A stretch of 61,349 bases of DNA, the filler included, from Hausera hauseri (Eukaryota), in assembly GCA_046269625.1 (NCBI GenBank). It is 10 parts of 10 records of this genome, joined end to end, with 100 filler letters (N's around TTAATTAATTAA, not from the genome) between each part and the next. Parts side by side here need not be neighbours in the genome. Positions count along the whole stretch, not along the records: positions 1 to 7,711 come from JBJURY010907311.1; positions 7,812 to 11,784 come from JBJURY010847080.1; positions 11,885 to 16,886 come from JBJURY010364373.1; 7 more parts are not named here. One strand, written 5' to 3'. The notes under the pieces are model-generated. The model made no database searches. It saw nothing but the letters and a program-made list of their open reading frames with translations, and had not been told where the DNA came from. The translations under genes were made by a program, and so were the position numbers. Shown here piece after piece: positions 1 to 12,959 of this stretch (the stretch's first letter is position 1; every line of letters begins with the position of its first letter).

Positions 1-592
1 CAAAGCACTGTAAGAATTGTCAGCAGATTGGACTCACGGGGCAGACATCACTGAGGACATTGAAGGTAAATTCAAGTTTTTTTAATGATAAGTTATTTTA
101 TTGGCAACAAACCTATAAAACCAGGGATACAGCAGGACAAGACCTGGGAGCGACTGAGTGCCATGCAGCAGACTGTGATCCAACAAGTCAGTGGTGAAGA
201 GAGACCGGTTCAATAGAGGGACGGCTAAAGAGATGATGAGCAGCTGTGCTGACTGGATGTGACCACAGGTAAGAGGGGCTGATTTAGTGGTAAAAATACT
301 GAGAGGCTGACTAAGGGCAAATAGAGGAAGTGGCACAGGGAACAGACTAACAGGTCAAATACAACAAAACCCCAAAAAGGAACAAAAACACAAAGATCCT
401 ATCACACATCAGATTCATTTGGAAAGTGAAGTGAACTGTTTCTATCCCTCTTTGCAAGTAGCCACACCTCCAGGAACCATTTTTGTTTGTCTCATTGATC
501 TCATGTATATCTAGACCTCTAGGGTGTCTGCATATATCCCAGAGTTTGAAGCCGGCGTGGCTAATGTGTCCCCTTAGAATGGTCCTACAGGA

Positions 593-680
593 CAGGGGTC
601 TGCAACCCCCTGGCTCTACAACCAAATGTGGCTATTTCATTCCCCCCGCTGTGGCTCCCTGTGGCTTTGGAACATTAATA
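593..680 (+). mobile_element. hAT (Charlie-like) transposon terminal fragment
   Basis: Begins CAGGGGTCTGCAACC..TGGCTCT..TGTGGCT, the typical hAT-Charlie terminal/subterminal pattern; no partner end seen. Confidence 0.5.
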
Positions 681-910
681 ATTAATATAAAATAAAATTC
701 TTCATCTAGTAATACGTAACTTATTTCGGTTCTAAACTGTACCTCATCATTGACCGCAACCTAAATTTTGCCAATTTTGACTAAATTAATCATGATTATT
801 TACCCAAGCCCACAAAATATTAATGCTAGTGTAGTAAAAGTAATCTCTAAATACAAAATAGTCAATTCCATTTACATGCTTTATTTTTAAAGAACAATTA
901 AGCAGAACGT

Positions 911-2159
911 AGTGTTCCAAAATTATGACCGCAGTAAATACTAACACAATGAAAACAATATAATTTCAAATATAAAATGTAAAACTCTTAGCTTCTAATA
1001 ATGTCCGTAGTCAGGAACTTTTCTCCAAGGGCATATACTTTTGCAACGCGATTAGAATTCGAATTTAAAAGTGATTGCAGCGTGGTGAGACGCATGGACA
1101 CCTACGCCTGTTCAATGGTGTCTTTCAGTTCCCCTAAATGGGCGAAAGTTCCCGCTCCGTTTTCGTAAACTTTTCGGCATAGAATGTCAAACATGTTCTC
1201 CATGGAGTTAGGGCCTGGAAAGTAGGCTGACCACTGTAAATAGCATATTTACTTCCGGTGAAAGTAGTCCATAGTGGCTTTCGCTACATGGGAGCGAGCA
1301 CTATCTTGTTGAAACAGCCATCCTCTGCCCCATGTTGACTCCATATGGGCGCAACTCTAATTCCAACAAGTTTTGATACTTTTCTGCATCAAGAGATCCA
1401 TCAATAAAATGGATACGTGTCCGTCCAAGATAACCAATACCTACCCACATCATTATTCCACCACCACCCATCGCTCGTTTAAACTAGATAAATTTTGCCT
1501 TCCGAAGGTCATGCCAGTAGTGAGCAAAGCCATCAGGAAAGTGCAAATTAAACTTCTTATCGTCGGTAAAGATTACATTTTTTGACATTTATCACCATAT
1601 TGCAGTCTTTTCGGTGCTTTAAGTGCATCGGTTTGTGCAAAGGTAGTTTCTTCATTTTTGCATATTTTACCAGTGGGCAGTGTTGTAGAACCCGGTGGAT
1701 TGTTGATCTGCTGTTAATCGTATTTTATTTTTGAAATATACGTGATTTTCTTGCTGCCAGACTTAATTATTTGTCGCCTACCCCGATTCTTCAGTTTTCT
1801 TGGTCATCCTCATTGGGGTTTTCGTCTATAATTTTCCTTATTTTTTTAAAACTTTGACACAGAAGGTGCAAAGGCTACCAATTCTTCTTCCAATTTCATG
1901 AATCGCAAGTCCCAGTTCTTCAAACGCTAGGATTTTGCCACGCTCTACCTAAGTAAGACGCTTTCCGGATCCCATTTTTAAGATTCGTACTAATATTTTT
2001 AGTTACAATAAAGAATTACTTGATAATAAATGAAAATAATAAATTTAAACAAATAAGAATGAATATTATACGGGGTGGCAATGAACTTATCCTTTCAAAA
2101 CTGCAAAAGCTAATTAATATTGCAAGGATTTATAGCTGCTGTCAAACTTATAGGACACC
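911..2159 (-). mobile_element. Decayed Tc3/Tc1-type (DD34E) transposon
   Basis: Minus strand gives NVIFTDDKKFNL and WLFQQDSARSH...WSAYFPGPNSMEN (34 positions between D and E, one internal stop); weak degenerate TIR-like pair at about 911-934 and 2136-2159. Confidence 0.8.
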
Positions 2160-2739
2160 TTGATTTCAGGCTTTTAATTTTAGCAAATTGTTTTGTAAGT
2201 ATCTCACCCTTTTCAGCGTAAACAACTTTTAATAATTAATAGCAAATTATTGTATACTCCAAATTATATGACAAACGGCATAAAAATGTAATTGCAAAAA
2301 CTAGGTGCGGTTAATGATATGAGATGCAGTTTATGTTATAAACCAATAATTAAAATCTATCCAAATTAGTATGGCAAAATTAGCCAATACTATTAAACAT
2401 ATTACTAAATGACGGCAGAATAATATGCCGCTTTGTTTTAAACGCATCATTTCTATATTATAATTAGCGGTTGGCTTAAACCACATAAATGTAAATATTG
2501 AGTTCTTGTTTTGACTTTAACTGCGCAAATCACAGTATGTAAATGCTGCATTTCCAAGATTAATGAAACAATCTCAAAAATATGACCAAAAATAAGAAAG
2601 AGAAAACCCATAAATCTATATTGATTTATTCATAATTGGATTAGTCAACATAAAAAAGATTTAAATTTGAAAAAATAAATCGCGTCTATTAAATAGCAAT
2701 AGAAAGGACTGATAAGGAATTCAAATAATCAATGTGTTT

Positions 2740-3839
2740 AGTAATTTCAAATATAATTGGAAACTTCATCAACCTGAAAAACTGGCGTTGGAAATTTGGG
2801 ATAATAAATTAATATCTGTTCCTAAATGATTGAGAAATGATACACACCGAGCATGTGAAATAAATTACCATTACGAAATATAGGCGGAAGTATTCCGTAT
2901 TAATAAATTTATTTGAGGCTGATTTCACGATTTGGAATTATTGTTCTTAGAAACTGGGTAGAGAAGAAACTGCCGCTAGAATTGTATCTGTACATTGCGC
3001 TTTGACACAATATGAGGTTAGTGTTTATACCTGCTTCAAACGAATGTAAAAGCTTACATGAATCTATTTCCTATAATGGATGATATTGAATTTGTCGTCT
3101 ATGAACAAAATCACACGTATATATTTTAGTACGTTGGCATCATTATTAATTCGAGTGCAATTTTCCCCAGTGGCTTTACCTCATTTAATAAGTCAACCTT
3201 TCACCATTGGAATGACTTGGGAATATATTTGAGAAGAAATTTAATTAAATGAATTGAAGTAGTCTGTGTCTTGTGATCCTAGTTAGACTTGAATACCGAT
3301 ATTGATGAAATGGTGGAGCACACGATTCGGTTATATACAATCGAATGATACCGAATTCTTTCCGTCTAAATCTATCCTGTTCTTCTCTGTTGTTGTTATG
3401 ACTATCAGTTGACTCATTTTTGTTACTGCTAGTATCAGTTAAAGGCGATTCGGGGTTTTGACATACACTATGCGGTGACGTTTCAGTTTCTTCACTTTCA
3501 TTAGATCCGTATATTAGACTGGCGATCTCGTTATTATTTTTCGATATCAAGTTGCCAACAAAGACTGGTGCACCGAACCATTCGATAAAGGTTGTTATTT
3601 TTTGGAATCGACCTTCACCGGTATTCCCATGATTGAGAACGAAAAGCTTGGTCAAATCGGCTAAAGTGGGTCCGTTTTGAACGCCAAATATCAACGGAAT
3701 TGCCGACATTATGTTGGATCTAATCTGTCGAATGTTTTCCTTCCATTTAGTCAGACTATCGTTATTATTAATTATTCGATTTCTCTTCTCTATTGCTAGA
3801 ACGAGTTGATCAATCCTTACGTAATCTCTAGTTGTTATA
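2740..3839 (-). pseudogene. Unidentified protein-coding fragment cut at its 5' side by the maT insertion
   Basis: The 3245-3709 reading frame stays open upstream (DYVRIDQLVLAIEKRN...) up to the TA site at 3840; protein-like composition; family not recognised. Confidence 0.35.
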
Positions 3840-3841
3840 TA

Positions 3842-5040
3842 CAGGGCTTTGCAGGTAAATCCGGAAGAACTTTATGAGTTAAATTCTATGCTTTAATGAC
3901 TGAATTTCTGCCAAATATTTTTTGTGTTTAACCATACGTCTTTCTACTTTCAGAGACTTCGTTGCATTCTTCAATTGGTTCACGAGTTTTCATGAAACAA
4001 GTAAATCGATCTACTATTGTTGTTTTAGCCCGCGCCAGCCACTCGGCTGCAGAGTTCGTCAGACAGACGAAACTCCCCTCCTCAACCGTTTATAACGTGT
4101 ACAACGCCTTTAAAGAGACTGGAAAGGTCAAGCGCAAGCAGCACAAGCTTAGAAGCGATGCCAAACAAACTCCCAAGTTTGTGGCTGGTCTTAAAAGGTC
4201 GATAACAGTCAACCCATCGACACCAATGACGACATTTGCCAAGAACATTGAAAACAGTGAGAAATATCCTGGACATGAAGTCCTATGCGTGACATAAGCG
4301 ACCCCTTTTCACGGCCAAGGCGAAAGCCAAACTCCTGTCATTCTTGAAGCACAAAGGAGCTTCAAAGGTCGTTGTATTTGTCGACGAGAAGAAATTCATT
4401 GTCGACGCCGAAATGAATCGCCAGAACTCACGCGTTATTGCAGTTTACCCTTTTGAGATCCCTCCTGTGTTCCACACCAAGAATCCTGCCAGTGTGATTG
4501 TCTTCGGCGCCGTGACGAGTGATAGGCGCGTGATGCCACGGTGGAGTATATCTCGATCCTGGAGACAGCTCTCCTTCTCTGGACGGAGAAGAAGTTTGGA
4601 CTCGACAACGTGGTGCTTGTTCAAGACTCTGCGCCCTGCCATGGGTCCTAGATGACGCAAGCCTTCCTCGCCGAGAAAGTTCCTTTCTTCGTTAAGTTAA
4701 GCATCTGGCCCTCCAACTCTCTGGACCTTAATGTTCTTGACTATTTCATATGGTATGTCGTTCAATCGAAGGTAAACGTATCTTCTAAGGCCCGTGTCGC
4801 CGCGCTCGAGAGCTCCATCAAGCGGGAATTCAGGAAGATCGACAAAGACGATCTGGTGGCCGCTTCCGCACCAGAATCGATGCCGTAAGGTAGGTCAAAG
4901 GCGGCCACATTGAGTAACTTTACTCATATCTGACCAGTAAGCACTGACATAAGTACCTATCTTCCTATCTGCATCATTGCAGTATTTATGGCCATTTCGT
5001 TATTGCAAATAAAAATTCCGGATTTATCTGAAAAGCCCTG
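3842..5040 (+). mobile_element. maT (DD37D) Tc1/mariner element, both ends present, transposase disrupted
   Basis: TIRs CAGGGCTTTGCAGGTAAATCCGGAA and rc CAGGGCTTTTCAGATAAATCCGGAA (23/25); TA at 3840-41 and 5041-42; motifs VFVDEKKF and QDSAPCH-(37)-WPSNSLDLNVLDY; stops and frameshifts. Confidence 0.93.
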
Positions 5041-5214
5041 TAATGATATAGGTTGTCGAGGAAAACCGCGTTTTTTTTTAGTATTCTGACTATTACAATC
5101 GTTTGATACTCAAAAGCGTTGAAATTCCAATTTCTTCGGTTACCTTTTGTGTTGTTGTTTTAATGAATTTAAAATTGTGAAATGTAGAATTTAATTTGTT
5201 ATGTTTCTTTGAAA

Positions 5215-6007
5215 ATGGAAGTCAGTTCGAAGAATATTTATGCAGTTACTGAAACGCTCAGAGGAAATGGTTACGCAAGAAAGCATAGATATCTATAGAT
5301 TATCGGCATATACTTTGGAGAAAGAAACAATAAGCTTAAGACGAGTTCAAAAAGTAAGTAATGATTTCAGACATGGAGTTCATGTGAAGTTTGATAGAAG
5401 TGAAGGCAGTGAAAGGAGGAAGAGATTGAAACATTCATGAAAGAAGATGGAAATAACCACACAATGCGACAATTATCTCAAATATTTGACATACCGAGAA
5501 TGATGATTTATCGCATCATGAAGGACGTCTTACGGTGGAAAAGTCTACACGATAAATGGATTACCCGTGATCTCACAGCGGAACAAAAAGTTGCTAGAAT
5601 TCAATGTTGCAGGATTACTTTAACAACAGAAACGCTACTAGGTATTGTATTGTAGGAAGTTTGGATACCACCTGATGGTGATCGCAAAACAATTGACAAG
5701 CGAATTATTTCACAAAAAATTTGTGGCATTGGTTGCCATAAACTTCTTCGGCTTGTCGCTTTGTAAAGTTTTGCCAAGAAATACTTCTCTTAATGGAGAT
5801 GTGTATATCCAATTCTTAGAAAAAGTTATTGCGTCTTTTAATACTTACAAGTTACAAGTCCAGCAAAGATCAGTACCGTGGGGAAATCTTGTTTTACAGC
5901 ATGAAAACTGCACTCCGCACAGGTTTCAGCATACTCAAAACTTCTTAACGGAACACCACTGTGAGTTTCTAAGGCAAAGTCCTTACTCACCGGATTTAAA
6001 TATATGA
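5215..6007 (+). mobile_element. Mariner-like transposase pseudogene, 3' truncated
   Basis: Split ORFs with HTH-like region, KWITRDL (WVPHEL-like), VLQHENCTPH and QSPYSPDLN. Confidence 0.8.
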
Positions 6008-6360
6008 GAAGGTAGAAGTGAGCTATCCACCGCACTTCTCTGATTTGTCCACCGACCAGTTTTGCCCATCTGATTGGTTATTCTGGACACATCACTAAAA
6101 TTTTCTCACGACCCCCCCCCCAGAAAATGACGTCGAGCAGAGGTTTGGACCAGGTGATATCAATAGCGCGTGACGAAATGATCAAAAGTTAACAGAGGTG
6201 CGACTTACAGAAATGTAAGGGAGAGGCGCTAGAAGAGGAAGAAGAAAAACAGGAAATGCTTCACGTGTAACGCGAAACATGTTTCTAGCACTGCGAGAAT
6301 GTGCACAAGGGGTAAATCGATATTGGCAATTGCAATGAATACTTTTGCAAGTCGGTCAGA

Positions 6361-7064
6361 CCATGGGAACATGGGGAAAAATCGATGGGAAATTTTCAAA
6401 AGGGTAAAATTTCCCCATGTTCAAGTCTGCCGGTGATGGAAATTGGTCTAATACATTGCCCATAAGCTGGGGAAAATTTCATATTATAGCCGCCTCACGA
6501 TCAGACCAATGGATCGGGATGAAAAATGCAATCGAACGAACGAACCAAAAGAGTGCAATGTTAAAGTCAAAGTCAAAATCATCGTAGTAGGTATAAGTGT
6601 CATTTCGTCCTCACTTCCCAAAAAGTACTCAGATCGTCCTCGAACCCAGTTTTCCCTAACTATCTCGCAATTCTGAGCACTTCATGTTTTGTGGTCGGAG
6701 ACCCGCCCCCCCCGGGGGAAAGACGAAGGTCGAACAATGGACTTTTGACAGAGACCTATTGGTCGAGCGGGGCAAGGCAAACAAAAGTCAATAGCGGTGC
6801 AAAGCCGAAAAATGTAACCCGGAGGCACAGGAGGCTGAAGAAGAACAACGGGCAATGTAAAACTGGCAACGCAACACATGTATTTGGTATATGGAAATTT
6901 TGTACAGAGGTAAAATTTATGTTCACAAGTCGAATGGGCACGGTTTCGTCGTCGTCCGACCAAGGGAACTTGGGGAAAACCTGTTGGGAAAATTTCCGTC
7001 AGGTAAAATTTCCCCTGTTCAAGTCTGCCGGTGATGGAAATGGATCCGGTACATTGCCCATAAA
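6361..7064 (+). repeat. Pair of diverged ~105-bp direct repeats (6361-6465 and 6960-7064)
   Basis: Shared core GGTAAAATTTCCCC(A)TGTTCAAGTCTGCCGGTGATGGAAAT..TACATTGCCCATAA. Confidence 0.85.
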
Positions 7065-7152
7065 GTAGGTAGATGTGAGCGCACCAAATCAGACCCCCCT
7101 GCGGAGAAAAATTGATGTGGTTCAGGATGAGTCATGTGGTAGAAAAAACGAT
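7065..7152 (+). repeat. Interspersed repeat; second copy inverted at 42290-42374
   Basis: GTAGGTAGATGTGAGCGCA..ACCCCC..AAAAT..ATGTGGTTC..AGTCATG..AAAAAACGAT in both contigs. Confidence 0.8.
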
Positions 7153-7711
7153 GTCAGAAGGAAAAGCATACTCAGTAAGGGGATAACTATCTACGTTGGA
7201 GGCTAATGTTTTCAATGATGTCGGTAGAAACTGCAACGAGTCGAGAAATCGAATAGAAACAGACTTTTTGTATTAACACTGTATATTTGCATGCATGGTT
7301 AAAAATTTCTTTGTTGTTTGTGGAATAACACTCAAGTTCCAACTGATTAATTTACTCAATGCGTGTTTTAAGATATGATGAAGATCGTTTCCACGCAAAT
7401 TATGAAACATAACAGGTAAATTGAATCTGATCTGTCGTGCTAAGTTACATTTGTTGCAAGCAAGTCCTGAGAATTTAACTGTAACATGACAGTGATCTAT
7501 AACAAATGTAGTGCCGTTTTCAAGGCATAAATAGCATGATGTAGCGTTTTTGAACTGAAACTATTCAGCTGGTGTTAACGGGATCATTGTTTTTTTCGCA
7601 TTTTCATACCACTCGAATACAAGTTTCTTAACAATTTCCTCGAAACAAGCTAGAAACTCGACCATATAATTTTCCCCAACAAATTGCCTATATTCAATAC
7701 CTGTCGGGAAC

Positions 7712-7811
7712 NNNNNNNNNNNNNNNNNNNNNNNNNNNNNNNNNNNNNNNNNNNNTTAATTAATTAANNNNNNNNNNNNNNNNNNNNNNNNNNNNNNNNN
7801 NNNNNNNNNNN
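7712..7811. other. Artificial contig spacer (first of nine)
   Basis: 44 N + TTAATTAATTAA (stops in all six frames) + 44 N, repeated identically nine times. Confidence 0.99.
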
Positions 7812-8041
7812 CCCTATCTTATTTTTGAATTTTGCAATTTTTTTTGGCCCGCTCCCCCCTATCAAAATTTATTTTTTCCACGAAAAATTTTGACATTTTT
7901 CTAGTCTTTTCTAATTTGAGTTTTTTTGCGTGTCTTACTTTGTTTTCAAGATTTTCTATCATTTTTGGTTCTTTTGTCTCGCTTATCTTAATATTTAATT
8001 TTTTCAATTTTTTGGCCCGCACTCCTCTCATGAAAATTTGG

Positions 8042-8205
8042 TTTTTCAACGTTTCTTTAGTGTCCTAACTCTATCACCATATTTCTCAAGTGAGTTGAAA
8101 TTCTCCTTGCCCGCTGATTCTATATACTCCCTTTTCTTCCAATATTCCTTTTTCTTCCACTTCTTTGACATCTCTACTTTACCAGATTTCAGGTCTTCCA
8201 CCCAA
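8042..8205 (-). repeat. ~165-bp near-identical duplicate of 11620-11784 (gypsy pol linker)
   Basis: Sequences match apart from a couple of substitutions; both encode KKEYWKK.EYIESA.KENFNSLEKYGDRVRTLKKR. Confidence 0.92.
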
Positions 8206-8369
8206 GTTCTTGGTCTTTTTTCTGTTGAATACGTCTTCATCTCTTTTACTCAATATCTGTTTCAACTCTGTTGTTATTCGAGTTGATTATATACATTTGC
8301 AGGGTATGCTCATCAATTTCGGGTGTTTCATCTTTTTCTTCCTGTTCTAACCACTTCATTTGCCTTCTC

Positions 8370-9580
8370 CGGGAGTTATGAGCTGGATCATCGTCACTGC
8401 ACTCGGGACAAGTCCATAGGTGCTCAGATCCCCGCATTCAATTTCCCGCAGCGTGTGACTATACCAGTTCTGTGTTGATTAACAAGTCGTCTTGCAAGTC
8501 CGACATGACGCTCGCGTTTGGCGTTTAATCCATAGTTCTTGCATTCTGGAGATCGATGCTGTATTAGTGAGGTCTGTATTATAAGGACTGAAGGTCCGTC
8601 CACAGCCTCTGAGAGTGTTAATGACATCAGCACGATCCATTGATGAACGTCTGATATGACAGCTGAGCTAGCCAGTCGGTCAGCTCTCTCGTTGCACACC
8701 ACACCGGCATTAGCCTGGTACGAATATGAAGGTTTGACCCTGCAGGGATTCAAGTCACTGCCTACGTGTCCAGCCAGACTTTACCTTCTTAAACATTTTC
8801 ATTGAGCCAGACAGAATGCAAACGTGAGTATGCTTCTGTTGTGCTTTCGTCACTGCCATCACCTCCATAGTCAGGCTGCTGGTAGCCACGACTAAGGCGC
8901 CGCTAACCTCTTTGACCGTTCTTCCACTTGCGCGGGCTGTGAATGCCCATGCTCAACGATGATGACGAATGACTGTGTAAATAATAGAATCTTCTTCGGT
9001 GGAATATTAGCTGACAAATGTTTGAACTTCAGACTGCACGGCGATAGGACTCTTTTTGGATTTCCTGTCAAGAGTGATGATGACTGAGAATGTGCAAGGA
9101 TCGGAAATCCATTCCTCTCCTGGTTCCATGACGGTACCTCCTATAACTGTCTAATAATATCTTCTGCTCTTACCACCCAGGACTTGTCTCTCTTTATTCT
9201 GCTACCCATGTTCTTAATAGTGTAGCGGGTGTTGCACATCTTCAAATATGCACGAGTACTACAAATGTTCACCCTGTGTTCCATTGTTGGAAAGTCTAAA
9301 AGATATCGCATGGCAACACAGGGTGTAATTTTTGTGCATCCCAGTCCTCATTCTGAATTCTTTCGAGCTTGACAATCTGTGTGTTGGCTGATGGTGAGGA
9401 TCGGCGGCGCGTATTCAGTAACTGACAGGACTAGACCGTGATACAACAACACAAGACGTCGCTGTTCAATATGGGCAGCTGCTATGACTTCCATTGCAGA
9501 TAGACCCTTGCCAGCCTTGGCACGTGATCATCAAAACAGAGACTGCGCTCAAATTTCATTCTACTCCAGTCTTGACAGTA
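8370..9580 (-). mobile_element. 5'-truncated non-LTR retrotransposon (RT C-terminus + RNase H), nested in gypsy pol
   Basis: Fragments LYHGLVLSVTEYA, TPCVAMRYLLDFPTMEHR, TSSLTMEVMAVTKA and AGVVCNERADRLA (RNase H GNE.AD motif). Confidence 0.8.
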
Positions 9581-9581
9581 A

Positions 9582-10700
9582 CTAGGCGATAGTATTCTTT
9601 GTGCTTGGTATGTATTCGATTCGCAGATTTAATATCCAAGGTTGGAATCTCTTTTTCTGCACGTCTGCTTTCATTAAAGCTTTTAACGGCGTGTGGTCCG
9701 TTCTTATCACGAACTTACTGTTATATAAATAGAAGTTCCATTTCTGTAAAGCATGGTGTTTCGCGAAAGCTTCCATTTCCACCACTGCCAATTTCTTGTG
9801 TGAATTCGTCAATCTGTGTGACAAGAAGTAGATGAGTTTCTTCTTTACTTTCATTCCCTTTACTTCCCCATCTTCTTGCATCAATACTGTTCCGAGGAAA
9901 TCGAAAGCCTTCTGGCCCCATCAAAGCCTTGTGAACTTTCTAGTTTGGGCCACTAAAGGTTCGGCTATCATTTGGTCTTTCTTGGCGTTTGCCATCGACT
10001 TTACTGCTTTTACTTTCTCATTGTCCGGCTTGACTCCCTCTCTGCTGATTATGGAGCCTAAGTATTTGGTTTCCTCCTTTGCTCAGTTTCAAACTTCACT
10101 CTGCTGTGTTCACTCATTCTCGGAAACACTTTCGTTACGTGTCTCCTTTCGTGAATATTAAAACGTCATAGACGTATTGCATTCCTTCTAATACTAAGGA
10201 CATATAAGTTGCAGGGGACCCTTTTAGTCCGAACGGCATTACGTTCCATACGTACAGCCCTGTGTGAGTACAAAACGCACTCTTCTCTTTTGCATCCGGT
10301 GATATAGGGATGCACAAGAAGCCTGATCTTGCATCCACTGTTCCAAAAAAAATCGTCAGTTAGTGGCATTGGGTAGCTTACCTGTATTTTCCGATGGCGT
10401 TTAGTGATCTATATTCTACATAAGATCTGTGGCTGCCATACTGCTTCCACACAATTACAACTGGAAATGACTTTCTGATCGTGCACGCTCAATTATTCCT
10501 GCTTGTAGTATTTCTTCAACCACATTTCCACGATCTCACAGCTCCCTAACGGTGTTCTGTAAGGTTTCAAGCTGATCGGGAGCGGGTCCCGTGTCAATTT
10601 TCACAGTGACAGTGTCTGCTCGGACGAGCTCCATATCGGACACAGCGAATACATCGGCATGTCTTCTAACAAACTCTTCAAGTCTTTCTTTGAGTTTTGT
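9582..10700 (-). mobile_element. Ty3/gypsy RT-RNase H, decayed
   Basis: KPYRTP, KSAFCTHTGLYVWNVMPFGLKGSPATY, YVYDVLIF, KFVIRTDHTPL and IEYIPSTKNTIA. Confidence 0.9.
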
Positions 10701-11169
10701 CTGCTACTGCTACGTCCTGGGTTGGCCTTTTTTCCTCGAGCCTTGACTTCTATGCTTCTCGTTTCTTATGTTTCCTTGACTTCTCTCTCGTAACTGTCTT
10801 TCAAATGCTTTAATCTTTTCCATTTGTTGTATAGATTCGTCTTCGAGTTTCTTCATTTTATCTGTCGTTTCCTGCATCTGTTTTTCATTTGTGCTTTTAT
10901 ATAGTTTGCTGTTCTCTCTGCCCTTCTTCCCGCTTCTCCCTTCCGTTGCATCTCTTTTACTCTTCTGTTGTATTTTCTTCTCTGTGCTGTTTGTTTGGTA
11001 ATCTTTGTCCTTGGTTCATCTTCAGTTAATGTGTCTGTTTCTCTAGTTATTTTCATGTTCCTTACGATTTGTTCCATTTCAGACATTTCTGTTTCAGTGA
11101 CTTCTACCAATGTATCGGTGGTGTATCGTCTATTCTTTCACTCTTGTCGCTACTGGACCTCTTTTTTGA

Positions 11170-11784
11170 CTATCGTATATCCTGGTATCCAAGGATTTTC
11201 CATGTTTTGAGGTTCTTTATTTTCTATTTCGAATTCTTTGGGGTACCGCTTTGAGGTAACTTCTCTCCTTTCTTTTCTGAAATGTTTTTCTTACATTGCA
11301 ACTGACTTTTACTGTGATTTCTTGCAGCTTTTGTAATAGATATTTGTGGCATCCTCACCCTGATACTTATATTTCGGCTTCAATAAATTAATTAGTGGAA
11401 GAATGGGTTCACGTCCAAATATCAACTCTTATGCGGAATATCGTTTGCTCCTGTTTTCCATAATTCTCACTTCCATCTGGTTTAGGTATAGGTCCCATTC
11501 TTTTGGTTCGTCTCTAATATGCTTCGCAATGATGTTGTAATAACTGTGTGCGCTGTCTTTCGTTGAACCATTAGCTCCTGGAATATAATATGATGTCTTT
11601 ACGTGTTTATATTGAGCTTTTTCAACGTTTCTTTAGTGTCCTAACTCTATCACCATATTTCTCAAGTGAGTTGAAATTCTCCTTGTCCGCTGATTCTATA
11701 TACTCCTTTTTCTTCCAATATTCCTTTTTCTTCCACTTCTTTGACATCTCTACTTTACCAGATTTCAGGTCTTCCACCCAAGTT
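11170..11784 (-). mobile_element. Gypsy integrase C-terminal fragment
   Basis: YIPGANGS..EWDLYL..YSA*ELIFGREP followed by a GPY/F-like WIPGYTIV. Confidence 0.7.
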
Positions 11785-11884
11785 NNNNNNNNNNNNNNNN
11801 NNNNNNNNNNNNNNNNNNNNNNNNNNNNTTAATTAATTAANNNNNNNNNNNNNNNNNNNNNNNNNNNNNNNNNNNNNNNNNNNN

Positions 11885-12959
11885 CTCCATCATTGGATAG
11901 CACATTCTCAAAGCGTTTTCTTAGACTGTGAATAAGATGTCTTCTCGTATCACTATGTATGCTGTTCCATATCTCAACTATTGATCGCTGCCAATCGTCC
12001 AGGTTTTTTGGCTTCCAATAGATCTTTCATGATTTTCCAAGGGGTTCATGTTTGGACTAGCCGCAGGCCGTGGAATTACAGTGATTACATGAGCCTCGAG
12101 CCAGCATTTTGTGGCTTTGGTGATGTGGAAAGTAGCATTATCGTGCTGTAGACGCCAACGACGACGATACAATGCATTGGCACATGACAAGTGGTTTTCG
12201 AGGATTTCAGTGTACACGTGAGAGTCGATGTTATCCTTTCTCACGTCAATGATGGTCTGTCCACGAAGGCTAATGCCACCCCACACATTCACTTTCGGAT
12301 AATACTTTAGGATAGGTTTACTAGGCTTTCCCTTTTTTGTCCATTGCTTTAAAGTGATTCCGTAGAATTGGAATGCTGCTTCATCAGTAAAGAATACGTC
12401 CTCCATGTCATCCTCAAGAAACTGGCGGCACCAATCGCAAGGAGCTTGCTTGTGAGCTGCAGTGACAAACAGTACTTTCTTCGCAATTAATTTTAGATAA
12501 CCCATGTCAGGAAGCGTTCTCTGAATTGTCCTTGTAGACACGTGCACAATTCCCCTTTTCTCAGCAGCAGAACCATACGAGCAGCAGACAATTTAGGATG
12601 CCAACTAGCTATTTGTGCAACGCGGCGACGGTCATTGGCCTCAAGTAGCCGGGGTCGTCCACTTCCACTTTGTCTTCCATAAGGTAGGCCAGAAAGAAAG
12701 TGGTCGTTAATACCGTATATTGTAGATAAGGAAATCCCAGTTCCTTGATGTAGCTCCTGCATCTAGGAGATGGTATAATCGCTGTCTATTGTCTCAATGA
12801 GTATTTTGACACTAACGCAATACTGAAAAACGGTAGCTTAAATAATATCGTGGGAAATACTAGAAGTGCAATAAACAAACATTTTAGAAAATTCTAGAAG
12901 ACCCATAGAAATTAGAGATTTTAAATTTTAATAAATTCCAGATTTTTTGTCGCGTATTG
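11885..12959 (-). mobile_element. Tc1-like DD34E transposon, frameshifted
   Basis: GSGRPRLL HTH region, VFFTDEAAF and LQHDNATFH-(34)-SPNMNPLEN; probable end CAATACGCGACAAAAAATCTGGAA next to TA at 12960. Confidence 0.9.
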
